A stretch of DNA of 64,000 nt from Mobula hypostoma (Eukaryota), in the NCBI RefSeq assembly GCF_963921235.1, contig NC_086101.1:6636001-6700000 (forward strand), in the 5' to 3' direction. A program made the translations under genes and the position numbers. The notes beneath the pieces are model-generated. The model was not told the origin of the DNA, searched no databases, and saw nothing but the letters and a program-made list of their open reading frames with translations. This document shows, in pieces, positions 45,607 through 59,159 of this stretch. Each line of letters opens with the position of its first letter. Position 1 is the first letter of the stretch.

Positions 45607-46783
45607 TGGAGAAATGTAAATGGTGACGCCCCCTGTGTGTATTTGTGTGTGGCGGAGACAGAGAGAGAGAGTCTGAGACTTGCTCCAGGCTCCCCAGGTA
45701 GATGCAGTGATGATGTTTCTGGTAATGGGAGAGTCAGGATGAGGAGGCACAGTGAGGGGACGACCAATCAGAGGTGAATAAATGTATTCACCCAGCTCAT
45801 AATCTAACAGGGCTCTGCACATTTACGCATTAACTATGTTGAAGAGAGACGTGGATTGAGTTTTGGATACAAGGTGAATCAGTAGAAATAGCATTAGCAC
45901 AGGGAAGTGGTATTAATCATGTCTAATGGGAGAGCAGATGTGAGGGGCTGAATGGCCTTCGTGCTTCTGTTTCTGATGTTCTTCGGAGCAGTGTACAGAC
46001 TGACCAGAGAGAGGATAGAAGGGTCTGGGGAATAAATAGAGGTGTAAAGCAGGAAGGTGAAAAAGAGATTAAATATCAATTACTTAAATCATCAGGCGAA
46101 TGTCTTTGACACTGAAATGGGGAATCTTGATGCAGCAGAAGACTGTGAGGTGTCGGATACACTGGGATTACTCAAACACGGACGCAGGAAAACTTCCTGA
46201 CTTCACTCCTGTACAGACCTGCCCCGATGAAAGGTCCCACTCTTCCTCATTAGACTGATGGAGGTAGACAGCACGCACACCGGCCCTTCAGCGTAACATG
46301 TCCCCGACAACCAAGGTGGCTTTCTCAGCACCTCCCATTTGACAGCATTTGGTCAAAATTCCTCTTAACGTTTTCAAACAGGAACTTGTCTGAATGTCTT
46401 AACGATGTTTCAGTTCAATCAGTGTCTCCCATTTCCTCTGGCAGTTCATCCCATTTACCGACCACCAACATTGTGGAAAATTTGCCACTCAGCTCCCCTG
46501 CTGACCTTTACCCTCTGAGCTTAAATCTATATCCTCTAGTTTTAGACTCCCCTCCCCTGGGGAAAGACTGTGACCATCGACCTCATCACTGCCCTGCAGG
46601 ATTTCATAAAGCACAATAATGTCAACCCTCAGTCTCCTTTGCTTCAGGGAAAACAGCTCAGGTCGATCCAGATTCTCTTGAAGCCCTTGAGCCCCGGTAA
46701 CATTCCTGTGAATCTTGTCTGCACACATTCCAGCTGAATGTCATCCTTTCTACAGCTCGGTGACCAGAACTGCACCCAGTACT
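45607..46783 (-). repeat. Segmental duplication, copy 2 (inverted relative to 16785-17957)
   Basis: See copy 1. Here the embedded CR1 continues to ~47180. A third partial copy lies at ~49555-49690. Confidence 0.9.
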
Positions 46784-48264
46784 CTAATTGTGGTCTCACC
46801 AATGTCTTGTACAGCTGTAACATGACAAACCATCTCATGTACTTAATGCCCCGATCGATGAAGGCCAGCATATCATACACCTTCTTCACTACACTGTCTA
46901 CCTGTGTCTCTACTCTCAGGAACTATGTACTTGTTCCCCTGGGTATTTCTATTTTACAACACTCCCCAGTTCCCTGGTATTCACTGTGTACATTCTGTCC
47001 TGGTTTTAACTTCTCAAAATGTGTCACTTTGCAGATTTCTGTGTTGAATTCCTTCTGACATTCCTATGCCCACATTCCCAGTTGTTTGAGGTCCAGTTGT
47101 AACTTTAGACAATCTTCACTATCCACCACATGACCAGTTTCACTGCCATTCGCAGTTTACTCCTCATGTCACCTTCATTGTCAATGAAAAAGACACAAAG
47201 ATACAATTATGTGATTCATTACTGGCTGAATACAATTTCAGTAAGAGATCTATCAATTCCATTTGCAATAAATACCCAGAATCTCTCAAACTTCCCAATT
47301 ATTACTCTGAGTTTCAGTTTGAAAGCTCAGTCTGAAGGCCAGAATTACATTCATTCCCTGTGGGGCTGTGTTGGGTGTTCCATGTGTGGTCTCATCGGGA
47401 CCCCCACGTACAAAATGATTTTTCTTGGACTAAACTCCACTATGTTAAAGTTAACATGCTGGTTAATGCCTGATTTTCTTTTGAAATGTTAATCTTCATT
47501 GATGTTAATTCAGTAGAAAATTCAGACTGTGTACAAATAACACACACTCCTATTGCATTATTTATACCAGCTGGTGTTGCAATATTATACTTTCCATCCC
47601 TGGGTCCGAACCGTGCCCTGCACACAGAACACATACCATCACACTTGGGAGACCATGCTGGCCTCATTGAGGTGACTGATGACCCAGTTTCCCAAGTGAG
47701 TGATGGAGAGTGACCAGATTGATTCTGTTTGTTTTGTGTTTGAGATGTACAGCATGGAAATAGGCCCTTTGGCCCCACTTCTTCAAACTAACCCAGATGC
47801 TGTTCTGGGCATTGGTCTGTATTTGGCCCCAGTCGCTGTAAACCAGGGGTTTCCAACCTGAGGTCTATGACATTAAAATGGTTGTGAACCCCTGCTCTGA
47901 AATTTCCTATCGTTGTACTGTCGATTTATCTATTAAATGTTGTCATTGTACTTTCCGCCACCTCCTCCCCTGACAGCTCATTCGATAGACACCCACTGCC
48001 TTTGTGTGAAAATGTTGCCCTTTAGTTCGCTGTTAAATATTCTCTTGCTCACTGACTAACAATGCCACCAACATTGTCATCCAAGCCATTAATATAAATC
48101 ACAAACAACGATGGACACAGCACTGAACCCACGGCTGAGCACTGGTCACAGGCCTCCAATTAGCAAAACAACCCTTCACTACCACCCTCGGCTTCCTACC
48201 ACAAACTGATTTAGTATCGAGTTGGACAGCTCACCTGGGACCCCATCCAGAGGGCCTGTTCCTG

Positions 48265-48650
48265 TGAATCTGAATCAGAATCTGGTTTAATATCACTGGC
48301 ACATGTTGTGAAATCTGTCATTTTGCAGCATCAGTACCTTACAATACATAGTGATAAAACATGTAAGTTACTGCAAATAGTTTCTATAAAAAACAGATCA
48401 AATAAATTGTGCAAAAAGAGAGGGGGAGAAAGACACTGAGGAAGTGTACATGGGTCCTTTGTGCACTCAGAAATCTGATGGTGGACGGGACGAAGCTGTT
48501 TCTGAAATGTCGACTGTGTTCCCTCAGGCTCCTGTACCTTCTCCTTGATGCTACCAATGAGAAGAGGGCATGTCATCCGTGATGGGGGCCCTTTATGATG
48601 GACGCCACCTTTCTGAGGCATTGCCTTTTGAAGATGTTCTGGCTGCTGGG
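48265..48650 (-). mobile_element. Old Rex1/Babar-like LINE 3' fragment
   Basis: TGAATC-type tail with minus-strand ATTAAA, and remnants of the Rex C-terminal region; a similar tail occurs at ~25445-25600. Confidence 0.5.
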
Positions 48651-51600
48651 GAGTCCCATATGAATCTGACTTCAATGGTGGGAAAATTGTTGGAGAAGAT
48701 CCCGAGAGGCAGGATTTATGAGCATTTGGAGACACACAATCTGATTAGGGATAGTCATGGTTTTGTCAAGGGCAGGTCTTGCTTTACGAGCCTGACTGAG
48801 ATCTTTGAAGATGTAACAAAACACATTGATGATGGTAGAGCAGTGGATGTAGTGTGTATGGATTTCAGTAAAGTATGATGGAGCTGGCTGAGTTTACAAC
48901 TTTCTGCAGCTTTGTGTGCCTTGACCTGTGGACAGCCTCGACCAAACAACCATCACGTTCCTGTCTGATCCCATCAACATTCACCTTGCTCCAATTCAGG
49001 ACGAGTCCACAGGTATTTCCATAACTATTTTACATCTAACAGAATGATGATCACCGGTCCCAACGCGCCCTCCACCCCGCCACTGTCACGTCAAACACTT
49101 TCCCAGACTCACTTCCTGCGAGGAGGTCAAGTGCGACCCCTTTCTCCAGTTGGGCATCTGCACATTGCTTGTAAAACCATTCCAGACCACACTCACAAAT
49201 TCTACCCTGTCAAATCCCTCAGCACTATGTCTGTCCCAGTCAATATTAGGGAAGCTGAAGTCTCTGACTATTACAACCCTGATATTCCAACAGTTATCTG
49301 CATTCTCCCTACACATGGGCTCTTCTGATTCTCACTGACATTTGGAATCTTATAGTACAATCCCAACGAAGTGACCATCTCTATATTTATAACTCCTACC
49401 AATATACTCTCACTGGCCGTTCCCCACAAGGATCTCTCTAAGTGCTGTGGTGATGTTCTCCCTAATCAACGTCACAACTCTCCCTCCTCTCTGACCTCCA
49501 CTTCTGTCACGTCCTTTGCATCTGTGGCACAGTGAGGTGGTTTTGATCTTATTCAATGGGACAGCAGGTGTGAGGGGCTGAACAGCCTCCTCTTGCTGCT
49601 ATTTCTGATGTTCAGAGCTGTGAACAGACTGAACTGAGGGAGGATAGAAGGGGTCGGGGAATGAATAGAGGTGTAGAACAGGAGGGTGGTCCCAAGTAAA
49701 CAGACACCTGGCAAGTGAGTGGCTTTAAAACTGAGTTTGTAAAGGTTCAGGATCAGCCTGTCCTTGTCAGAGTGAATGGCGAGACTGGAGGGATGAGGGA
49801 ACCCTGGCTGATGAGGGTTATTATCGACGACGGTCAGGGTGGAGTTGTGTGTCAGGTGAAAGCAGCTGGGATCAGGTGAATCCCTCGGAGTAGAAGGGAT
49901 GCAGGAGAACACTGAAGAGGGAAAACCGAGAGGCCAAAAGGGGGTGTGAGATAGCTACAGGTAAGATAAAGGAGAGTCTACAAAAGATGCTGTAGAAAAC
50001 CTACAGCACAATATAGGCCCTTCAGTCCACAAAGCTGTGCTGAACACGTCCTTACCTTAGAACTGCCTGGGCCTACCCATAGCCCTCTAGTTTTCTGAGT
50101 TCTTTGTATCCATCCAGGAGTCTCTTAAAAGACCCTATCGTTTCCGCCTCCACCACCGCCACCCCATTCCACACACTCTGTGTAAAAAAAACTTACCCCT
50201 GACATCTCATGAAATAAATACTTCTCATCTGTAGAGAAGGTGATGGAGCTGGGGAATTCAGGGAGGAGAATACGAATGTCCTGAAACATACCGTCATTAC
50301 AAAGGAGGCTGGCCAGCTTAAACACACAAAGCTGAATAAATCCCAGGGTCTGACCCAGTGTATCCTCTGACACGGTGGGAATCCAGGGAAGAAATTATTG
50401 GGCCCCTAGCTGTGATATTTCAAACATTGAACACAGAACATTCTGCACACACTGTCTATGCTGACCATGATGTCATCACGTTTGCCTGCAAATGATCCCT
50501 ATCCTCCATTCCCTGTCTGTTCATTTCCGGGTTTAAATGTCTGTTAAACATCATGATCGTATCTGATTCCACCACTCCCCATCCCGGCCGCGCATTCCAG
50601 GAAGATACCACTCATTGTGTCGAAAAACATTCCTTGAACATCCCGGTTCAACTTTGACGATCTTACTTTAAAGCTTTACCCTTCACGTAGTGTCCTCGGG
50701 GATATTACACTGACTGAGACTGTCTCATAATTCGAAGAATAAGAGGTGGTCTCACTGGCACAGACACAGTCTCACTGGGTATTGACAGGGTAGAGGCAGG
50801 AATGATGTTTCCCCTGGATGGGGTGTGGAACCAGGGGTCACAGACTCGCAATCAGAGGTCGCCTCAGCAGGACTGAGATGAGGAAAAATTCCTCACCAAG
50901 TGTGTGGTGAATATTTGGAACACTCAACAAAAGATTTCTGTATTTAAGGGTAACAGTGATGATGGGATGGTGCAGGAAGTTGTCACTGAGGTTAATGATC
51001 AGCCATGTTCTGAGTGAAGGGCAGAGCAGGAGCAAGGGGCCGAATGGCCACTCCTGCTCCTGTTTCTTACGTTCTTGAAACACAAATCGATCTTTGTGTC
51101 TATTAATTTTTTTGTCTTCACTCTGTTGGATTACACGGGGAAGCGGTAACCAATGCACTCTGTGTAGAGCATCCTCTGTACCCCGTGTTGACTGTATTCA
51201 CTCCACTGTCTTCAATGCATGTAACAGTATGCAGAGTTTGTTGTATTCATTGTTTTTGCAGCCAGTCTGTGTAAGCGCCCGGGACACTTTACTGCATTTT
51301 GCACAGCGACTGTACCGAAATACCAGTTGTTCTTGACTACTGCGTCCAAAGCTCCTGAACACAGAACATTGAACAATACAACACAGGAACAGGCCATTCG
51401 GCCCACAAGTCTGTGCTGAACATTGTGCCTATTCAATCTCATCCCATCTGCCTGTACATGGCCCACAACCCTCCATTCCCTGTCTGTTCATGTGTCTGTC
51501 TAAATGTCACTGAAATGTTGCTGTTGTATCTGTTTCCACCACCTCCCCTGACAGCACCGACCATTCTCTGTGTAAAAAAAAACTTGCCTCATCAGTCTCC

Positions 51601-52229
51601 AAAAGTAGTCATAGCCGAAGGGTGGTAGTGGGGACGAGCTCCCACTGCTAAACAAATTCTCTTCATGCCGTGCGACTCAAACAGCCTCTGACAACCAGGT
51701 CCAACTCCTGGCCTTCATGTGTGGAATAGTTCTTATGCCCGGCGGAGCGGTTCTCACTGACAGCAGAAGGGGCAAAGGCGGGCCACTGGCGCCTTAAAAC
51801 CAATTGCTCCGAGCAGATGGGGCTCGTTAACCAGGGATGGTAGCTCATCTAGGAGAGGGAAAACTCCGATTTCAAACGTCCGCTGCCTTGCGGCTATACC
51901 CGCTCACGGGAAAGGCTTCGGGAGTAAATCCCGAGGGAAAATCCGGAGTCGGAGTCCCGAAGGCGGCTGACTGTTGTACCCAGCACCGGCACGGCAACTC
52001 CTGTGATGCTGCTGGCACCAAACTGTATCGACTTTCGTCGTTCCTTTGGACCCGTCATCAGCACGGAGAGGTGGGGTGGGGGCGGGGGGATCCTACTGCA
52101 TGGGCAAAAGTCGGATCTCCATATCAAGTCTGCCCTGGCCTGCGCCCTGGAGAGGCAGCTCCGGCTTCGCTCCAGAGACTACCAGAGGCTCGGTACCCAT
52201 GGTCGACCACGACCGACATAGGCCACAGA
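51601..52229 (+). mobile_element. ~630-bp GC-rich non-coding insertion, possibly an RTE-related SINE
   Basis: TSD CAGTCTCC (51593-51600) / CAATCTCC (52230-52237); empty site CAATCTCC-TTTAAACC at 22984 in the paralogue. Family and strand assignment are tentative. Confidence 0.6.
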
Positions 52230-52854
52230 CAATCTCCTTTAAACCTTCTCCTCTCACCTTATAGTTACTCCCTGCAGTAATTGACATTCCCACGCCGAGG
52301 ATGAAGATACTCCGACTGTCTATCATGTCTGTGTCAGTTGGTGACTGTTTCCTCCACAGCTGCTGAATCACCGTGTTCCCAGACTTCTGAACATATAGAA
52401 TCATAGAAAACCTGCAGCATAATACAGGCCCTTCGGCCCACAAAGTTATGCCGAACATGTCCCTACCCTAGAAATTACTAGGCTTACCTATCGCCCTCTA
52501 TTTTTCTAAGCTCCATGTACCTATAGAAAAGTCCCTCAAAAGACCTAATCGTAATCGCAAATACCTTGTGATTTCCTTATTATGTCAGGTCCCCTCCCTG
52601 GTAAAGAGAGGGGTGTGGACTAGAATAATTCCCCACAACTCCTGCTGGACAGTGGGGAGCAGCGGGTGTGTACTTGACTTAAGTTGGCGGAATCCGTCCC
52701 GACTGGGTGAAAGCAGAGTGTGAGAGCGAATAACTGGCCGCACAGGAAAATACACCTTCTTCTCCAGGAGTCTCCCAGAGCTGGCTGTAAAGCTGAGTCA
52801 CAGAGGGTTTTAGTATTATTTTGAGAACAGAGGTATAACTAGGAAAATAAAAAG

Positions 52855-54062
52855 GCAAACAACAGGAATTCTGCAGATGCTGGAAATTCAAGCAACACAC
52901 ATCAAAGTTGCTGGTGAACGCAGCAGGCCAGGCAGCATCTGTAGGAAGAGGTGCAGTCGACGTTTCAGGCCGAGACCCTTCGTCAGGACTAACTGAAGGA
53001 AGAGTGAATAAGCGATTTGAAAGTGGGAGGGGGAGGGGGAGATCCAAAATGATAGGAGAAGACAGGAGGGGGAGGGATGGAGCCAAGAGCTGGACAGGTG
53101 ATTGGCAAAAGGGATACGAGAGGATCATGGGACAGGAGGTCTGGGAAGAAAGACAAGGGTGGGGGGGGGTGGGAACCCAGAGGATGGGCAAGGGGTATAT
53201 TCAGAGGGACAGAGGGAGAAAAAGGAGAGTGAGAGAAAGAATGTGTGTATATAAATAAGTAACAGATGGGGTACGAGGGGGAGGTGGGGCATTAGCGGAA
53301 GTTATTGAAGTCGATGTTCATGTCATCAGGTTGGAGGTTACCCAGACGGAATATAAGGTGTTGTTCCTCCAACCTTAGTGTGGCTTCATCTTTACCGTAG
53401 AGGAGGCCGTGGATAGACTTGTCAGAATGGGAATGGGATGTGGAATTAAAATGTGTCGCCACTGGGAGATCCTGCTTTCTCTGGCGGACAGAGCGTAGGT
53501 GTTCAGCAAAGCGGTCTCCCAGTCTGCGTCGGGTCTCGCCAATATATAAAAGGCCACATCGGGAGCACCGGACGCAGTATATCACCCCAGCCGACTCACA
53601 GGTGAAGTGTCGCCTCACCTGGAAGGAATGTCTGAGGCCCTGAATAGTGGTAAGGGTGGAAGTGTAAGGGCATGTGTAACACTTGTTTCGCTTACAAGGA
53701 TAAGTGCCAAGAGGGAGATCGGAGGGGAGGGATGGGGGGGGGGGCGACGAATGGACAAGGGAGTCGTGTAGGGAGCGATCCCTGCGGAAAGCGGGGGGGG
53801 GGGGGAGGGAAAGATGTGCTTAGTGGTGGGATCCCGTTGAAGGTGGCAGAAGTTACGGAAAATAATATGTTGGACCCGGAGGCTGGTGGGGTGGTAGGTG
53901 AGGACCAGGGGAACCCTATTCCTAGTGGGGTGGCGGGAGGATGGAGTGAGAGCAGATGTACGTGAAATGGGGGAGATGCGTTTAGGAGCAGAGTTGATAG
54001 TGGAGGAAGGGAAGCCCCTTTCTTTAAAAAAGGAGGACATCTCCCTCGTCCTAGAATGAAAA
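52855..54062 (-). mobile_element. Young Penelope-like element, 3' part (linker, GIY-YIG, pLTR)
   Basis: ORF 53292-53618 VIYCVRCSRCGLLYIGET; the pLTR matches 15266-15692; frameshifts in poly-G runs; no TSD found. Confidence 0.92.
52955..52990 (-). ncRNA. Minimal hammerhead ribozyme motif
   Basis: Reverse complement AGTC CTGACGA AGG gtctcgg CCT GAAAC GTC GACT. Confidence 0.8.
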
Positions 54063-54119
54063 TCGTCCCTTCAGGATCAATATCTGTGTGTGGAGCCATG
54101 GGCGATTGGTGAAGTCTGA

Positions 54120-57100
54120 TAACAGAAAATACTCTGCAGATGCTAGGGTCATAGCGAACAACACGTTGGAGGAACTCAGCAGGTCGGGCAGCATCCGTAG
54201 AAACGACCAGGGATGGGAGCTCAACGTCCAGGGATATTCAATATTCATGAGGGATAGACATGAAGGAAGGGGAGGTGGGGTGGCGTTGCTGGTTAAAGAA
54301 GAGATTAACGCAATAGAAAGGAAGTACATAAGCCGGGAAGATGTGGAATCGATATGGGTAGAGCGGCGTAACACTAAGGGGCAGAAGACGCTGGTGGGAA
54401 TTGTGTACAGGCCACCTAACAGTAGTAGTGAGGTCGGAGATGGTATTAAACAGGAAATTAGAAATGTGTGCAATAAAGGAACAGCAGTTATAATGGGTGA
54501 CTTCAATCTACATGTAGACTGGGTGAACCAAATTGGTAAAGGTGCTGAGGAAGAGGATTTCTTGGAATGTATGCGGGATGGTTTTTTGAACCAACATGTC
54601 CAGGAACCAACAAGAGAGCAGGCTATTCTGGACTGGGTTTTGAGCAATGAGGAAGGGTTAATTAGCGATCTTGTCGTGAGAGGCCCCTTGGGTAAGAGTG
54701 ACCATAATATGGTGGAATTCTTCATTAATATGGAGAGTGACATAGTTATTTCAGAAACAAAGGTTCTGAACTTAAAGAGGGGTAACTTTGAAGGTATGAG
54801 ACGTGAATTAGCTAAGACAGACTGGCAAATGACACTTAAAGGATTGACGGTGGATATGCAATGGCAAGCATTTAAAGGTTGCATGGATAAACTACAACAA
54901 TTGTTCATCCCAGTTTGGCAAAAGAATAAATCAAGGAAGGTAGTGCACCCGTGGCTGACAAGAGAAATTAGGGATAGTATCAATTCCAAAGAAGTAGCAT
55001 ACAAATTGGCCAGAGAAAGTGGTTCACCTGAGGACTGGGAGAAATTCAGAGTTCAGCAGAGGAGGACAAAGGGCTTAATTAGGAAGGGGAAAAAAGATTA
55101 TGAGAGAAAACTGGCGGGGAACATAAAAACGGACGGTAAAAGCTTTTATAGATATGTAAAAAGGAAAAGACTGTTAAAGACAAATGTAGGTCCCCTGCAG
55201 ACAGAAACAGGTGAATTGATTATGGGGAGCAAGGACATGGCAGACCAATTGAGTAATTACTTTGGTTCTGTCTTCACTAAGGAGGACATAAATAATCTTC
55301 CAGAAATAGTAAGGGACAGAGGGTCCAGTGAGATGGAGGAACTGAGTGAAATACATGTTAGTAGGGAAGTGGTGTTAGGTAAATTGAAGGGATTGAAGGC
55401 AGATAAATGCCCAGGGCCAGATGGTCTGCATCCTAGAGTGCATAAGGAAGTAGCCCAAGAAATAGTGGATGCATTAGTGATAATTTTTCAAAACTCGTTA
55501 GATTCTGGACTGGTTCCTGAGGATTGGAGGGTGGCTAATGTAACCCCACTTTTTAAAAAAGGAGGGAGAGAGAAACCGGGGAATTATAGACCGGTTAGCC
55601 TAACGTCGGTGGTGGGGAAACTGCTGGAGTCAGTTATCAAGGATGTGATAACAGCACGTTTGGAAAGCGGTGAAATGATCGGACAAAGTCAGCATGGATT
55701 TGTGAAAGGAAAATCATGTCTGACGAATGTCATAGAATTTTTTTGAGGATGTAACTAGTAGAGTGGATGGGGGAGAACCAGTGGATGTGGTATATTTGGA
55801 TTTTCAAAAGGCTTTTGACAAGGTCCCACACAGGAGATTAGTGTGGAAACTTAAAGCACACGGTATTGGGGGTAAGGTATTGGTGTGGGTGGAGAATTGG
55901 TTAGCAGACAGGAAGCAAAGAGTGGGAATAAACGGGACCTTTTCAGAATGGCAGGCGGTGACTAGTGGGGTACCGCAAGGCTCAGTGCTGGGACCCCAGT
56001 TGTTTACAATATATATTAATGACTTGGATGAGGGAATTAAATGCAGCATCTCCAAGTTTGCGGATGACACGAAGCTGGGTGGCAGTGTTAGCAGTGAGGA
56101 GGATGCTAAGAGGATGCAGGGTGACTTGGATAGGTTGGGTGAGTGGGAAAACTCATGGCAGATGCAATTTAATGTGGATAAATGTGAAGTTATCCACTTT
56201 GGTGGCAAAAATAGGAAAACAGATTATTATCTGAATGGTGGCCGATTAGGAAAAGGGGAGGTGCAACGAGACCTGGGTGTCATTATACACCAGTCATTGA
56301 AAGTGGGCATGCAGGTACAGCAGGCGGTGAAAAAGGCGAATGGTATGCTGGCATTTATAGCGAGAGGATTCGAGTACAGGAGCGGGGAGGTACTACTGCA
56401 GTTGTACAAGGCCTTGGTGAGACCACACCTGGAGTATTGTGTGCAGTTTTGGTCCCCTAATCTGAGGAAAGACATCTTGGCCATAGAGGGAGTACAAAGA
56501 AGGTTCACCAGATTGATTCCTGGGATGGCAGGACTTTCATATGAAGAAAGACTGGATGAACTGGGCTTGTACTCGTTGGAATTTAGAAGATTGAGGGGGG
56601 ATCTGATTGAAACGTATAAGATCCTAAAGGGATTGGACAGGCTAGATGCAGGAAGATTGTTCCCGATGTTGGGGAATTCCAGAACGAGGGGTCACAGTTT
56701 GAGGATAGAGGGGAAGCCTTTTAGGACCGAGATTAAGAAAAACTTCTTCACACAGAGAGTGGTGAATCTGTGGAATTCTCTGCCACAGGAAACTGTTGAG
56801 GCCAGTTAATTGGCTATGTTTATGAGGGAGTTAGATATGGCCCTTGTGGCTACAGGGGTCAGGGGGTACGGAGGGAAGGCTGGGGCGGGGTTCTGAGTTG
56901 GATGATCAGCCATGATCATAATAAATGGCGGTGCAGGCTCGAAGGGCCGAATGGCCTACTCCTGCACCTATTTTCTATGTTTCTATGTTTCTATGTTTCT
57001 ATGTTTCTGGCCGAGACCCTTCGTCAGGACTGAAGAGGGAAGGGGCAGAGGCCCTATAAAGAAGTTGGGGGGAGGGTGGGAAGGAGAAGGCTGGTAGGTT

Positions 57101-57535
57101 CCAGGTGAAAAACCAGTAAGGGGAAAGATAAAGTGGTGGGGGAGGGGAAGCAGGGAGGTGATAGGTAGGAAAGGTGAAGAAGGAATAGGGGAAAACACAA
57201 TGGGTTGTTGAAGGAGGCGGAATCAATCATGAGGGAAGTGATAGGCAGCTGGATGTGGGGGCAGAGTGAAAGTGGGATAGGGAAGGGAGGGGAAGGGAAT
57301 TAACGGAAGTTGTAGAATTCAAGGTTCATGCCAAGGGGCTGGAGACTACCTGGACGGTATATGAGGTGTTGCTCATCCAACTTGAGTTTGGCCTCATCAT
57401 GGCAGTAGAGGAGGCCATGTATGGACATATCAGAATGGGAATGTGAAGCAGTGTTGACGTGGATGACTACCGGGAGATGCTGTCTGTTGTGGAGGACGGA
57501 GCGGAGGCGCTCGACGAAGCGGGTCTGATGACTTG
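54120..57535 (-). mobile_element. Older Penelope 3' fragment, split by a CR1 (parts 54120-54210 and 57009-57535)
   Basis: 57300-57535 encodes a degraded GIY-YIG C-terminus and 57009-57300 is pLTR; 54120-54210 is the pLTR end, matching the arm at 39327-39390. Confidence 0.75.
54205..57008 (+). mobile_element. Young 5'-truncated CR1 LINE, ORF2 nearly intact
   Basis: APE-linker-RT in ORFs 54088-55746 and 55763-56809; one +1 frameshift in a T run at ~55738-55744 and a late stop at 56807-56809; (ATGTTTCT)x4 tail. Confidence 0.96.
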
Positions 57536-59159
57536 CTTGTGTTTAAAGTGAAGATGGGTGTGGAAGCTGGGGAATTTGTTGAATTTTCCCGTCTCATCTG
57601 ATGTCCTGCTGCTTTGTAAAACGGTAGAATATCGTTTAAGTGTCCAGAATACAGGACTCCGCCAATCCAGCTGATATTCGAAAGATCAGATCCTGGCAGG
57701 GCCGCCTTCAATCTGAGGGTGGGGATGACGAGCAGCAGCTGTGTGGTTTCGCGGCGCAGTGTCACCACCTGCTGTTGTAAACCGGTACTGCAGGAAAGGG
57801 AAAATGCTGCCACTCTCAGCTTGGTCAAAGTTCAAAGTCAATTTATGGTCAGCGTTTACAGCAAAATAACGGAATTCAATAGAATATAGGGGAAAATATA
57901 CGTAATCAAAAGCAAACAATCAAGGCACAAAAGGAGATCATTTCTGCTAATAGGTATAAGCGCACAGAGCACTACAGCACGCATACAGGCCCTTCGGCCC
58001 ATCTATCCTGTGTCAAACTGTCATTCTGCCTAGACCTGTCAACCTTTCCCTATCATTCAGGATTTCAAGTCCAGGCAATATCCTTGTGAATTTTCACTGT
58101 ACTCTTTCTATTTTACTGATATCTTTCCTGTAGATAGGTGACCAGAACTGCACACAATAATCTAAATTAGGCATCCCCAATGTTTTATACGCCTTCAACA
58201 TAACATCCAACTCCTATACTTAGTACATACTTTGATTTCTAAAAGGGCAATATGCCAAAAATTCTCTTTACAACCTTTCTACGTATGACGCCACTTTCAG
58301 GGAATTCCGGATCTGTGTTCCCAGACCTCTCTGTTCTACAACACTCCTCAGCGCACTGACATTCACTGTGAAAGTCCTACCCTGGTTTGTCCTGCAAAAT
58401 GGGCACCACCTCAGCTGTTTGCATTAAATTCCATCTGTCAGGTCCCGCTGGAAGGCTCTGATATACCTCCCCACTACGCCCCAGTCTTAGTGCAGTCTGC
58501 AAATTTGATTACTCGGTCTACCATACTCTCATCCAGCTCATTGATGTTGAAGTCGAACAACAATGGCCCCAGCACCGATCCCTGCGGCACATCACTAGTC
58601 ACAGGCGTCCAATCCGAGAGGCAAGCAGAAGAGAAATAAATAAATTGCAGAGTCTTTGAAAGCTGGTCTGTCGCTTGTGGAATCAATTCGGAGTTGAAGT
58701 GAGTGAAGTTATTCACCCCGGTTGAGGAGGCATAATTGTTGGGTAAATTTATTGTCAAAGTATAAAGAAAGGGGCCAGAATTTATCGTTTACGGAATGTG
58801 GACATCGACAGAAGGACCAACATTTACAGCCCAGTGACTGTCCTTGAATAGGTCGAAATGAGCGATTTCAGCGGCTGCAGTCCGTCTGGTGTCATCCATT
58901 TAAATCAATTCCCGAATAATCATCTTACATAGAGTTCATCGGGATTTATATTCTCTGAACAGCCGAAGTGATTGGATAATGAACACTACTATTAGTGCAG
59001 TTTACTATCTCAACTTCTCTCCACCCAATCAGAGTGAAAATTCCCACCGACCCGTCAGTTTGCTCTCCGTCCGGCCCCTTTACAACAGAATCTTGGATTG
59101 TGCTCCTCTCACCGCCGCTGCTCCCCAGTCGGTAAATATATCTAATATCGGATATGTAT

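Noticed and set aside
47130..47778. Short ORFs and a possible exon (~47571-47695) in unique sequence
   Set aside because: No recognisable domain in any frame and no partner exons; cannot be supported from sequence alone.
54088..54210. N-terminal extension of the 552-aa CR1 ORF
   Set aside because: It comes from flanking sequence and an old Penelope pLTR upstream of a 5'-truncated CR1; the first APE motifs are missing.
55735..55746. Programmed ribosomal frameshift in CR1 ORF2
   Set aside because: The sister copy at ~3866-3872 has T6 and is in frame; T7 here is a homopolymer indel or sequencing error.
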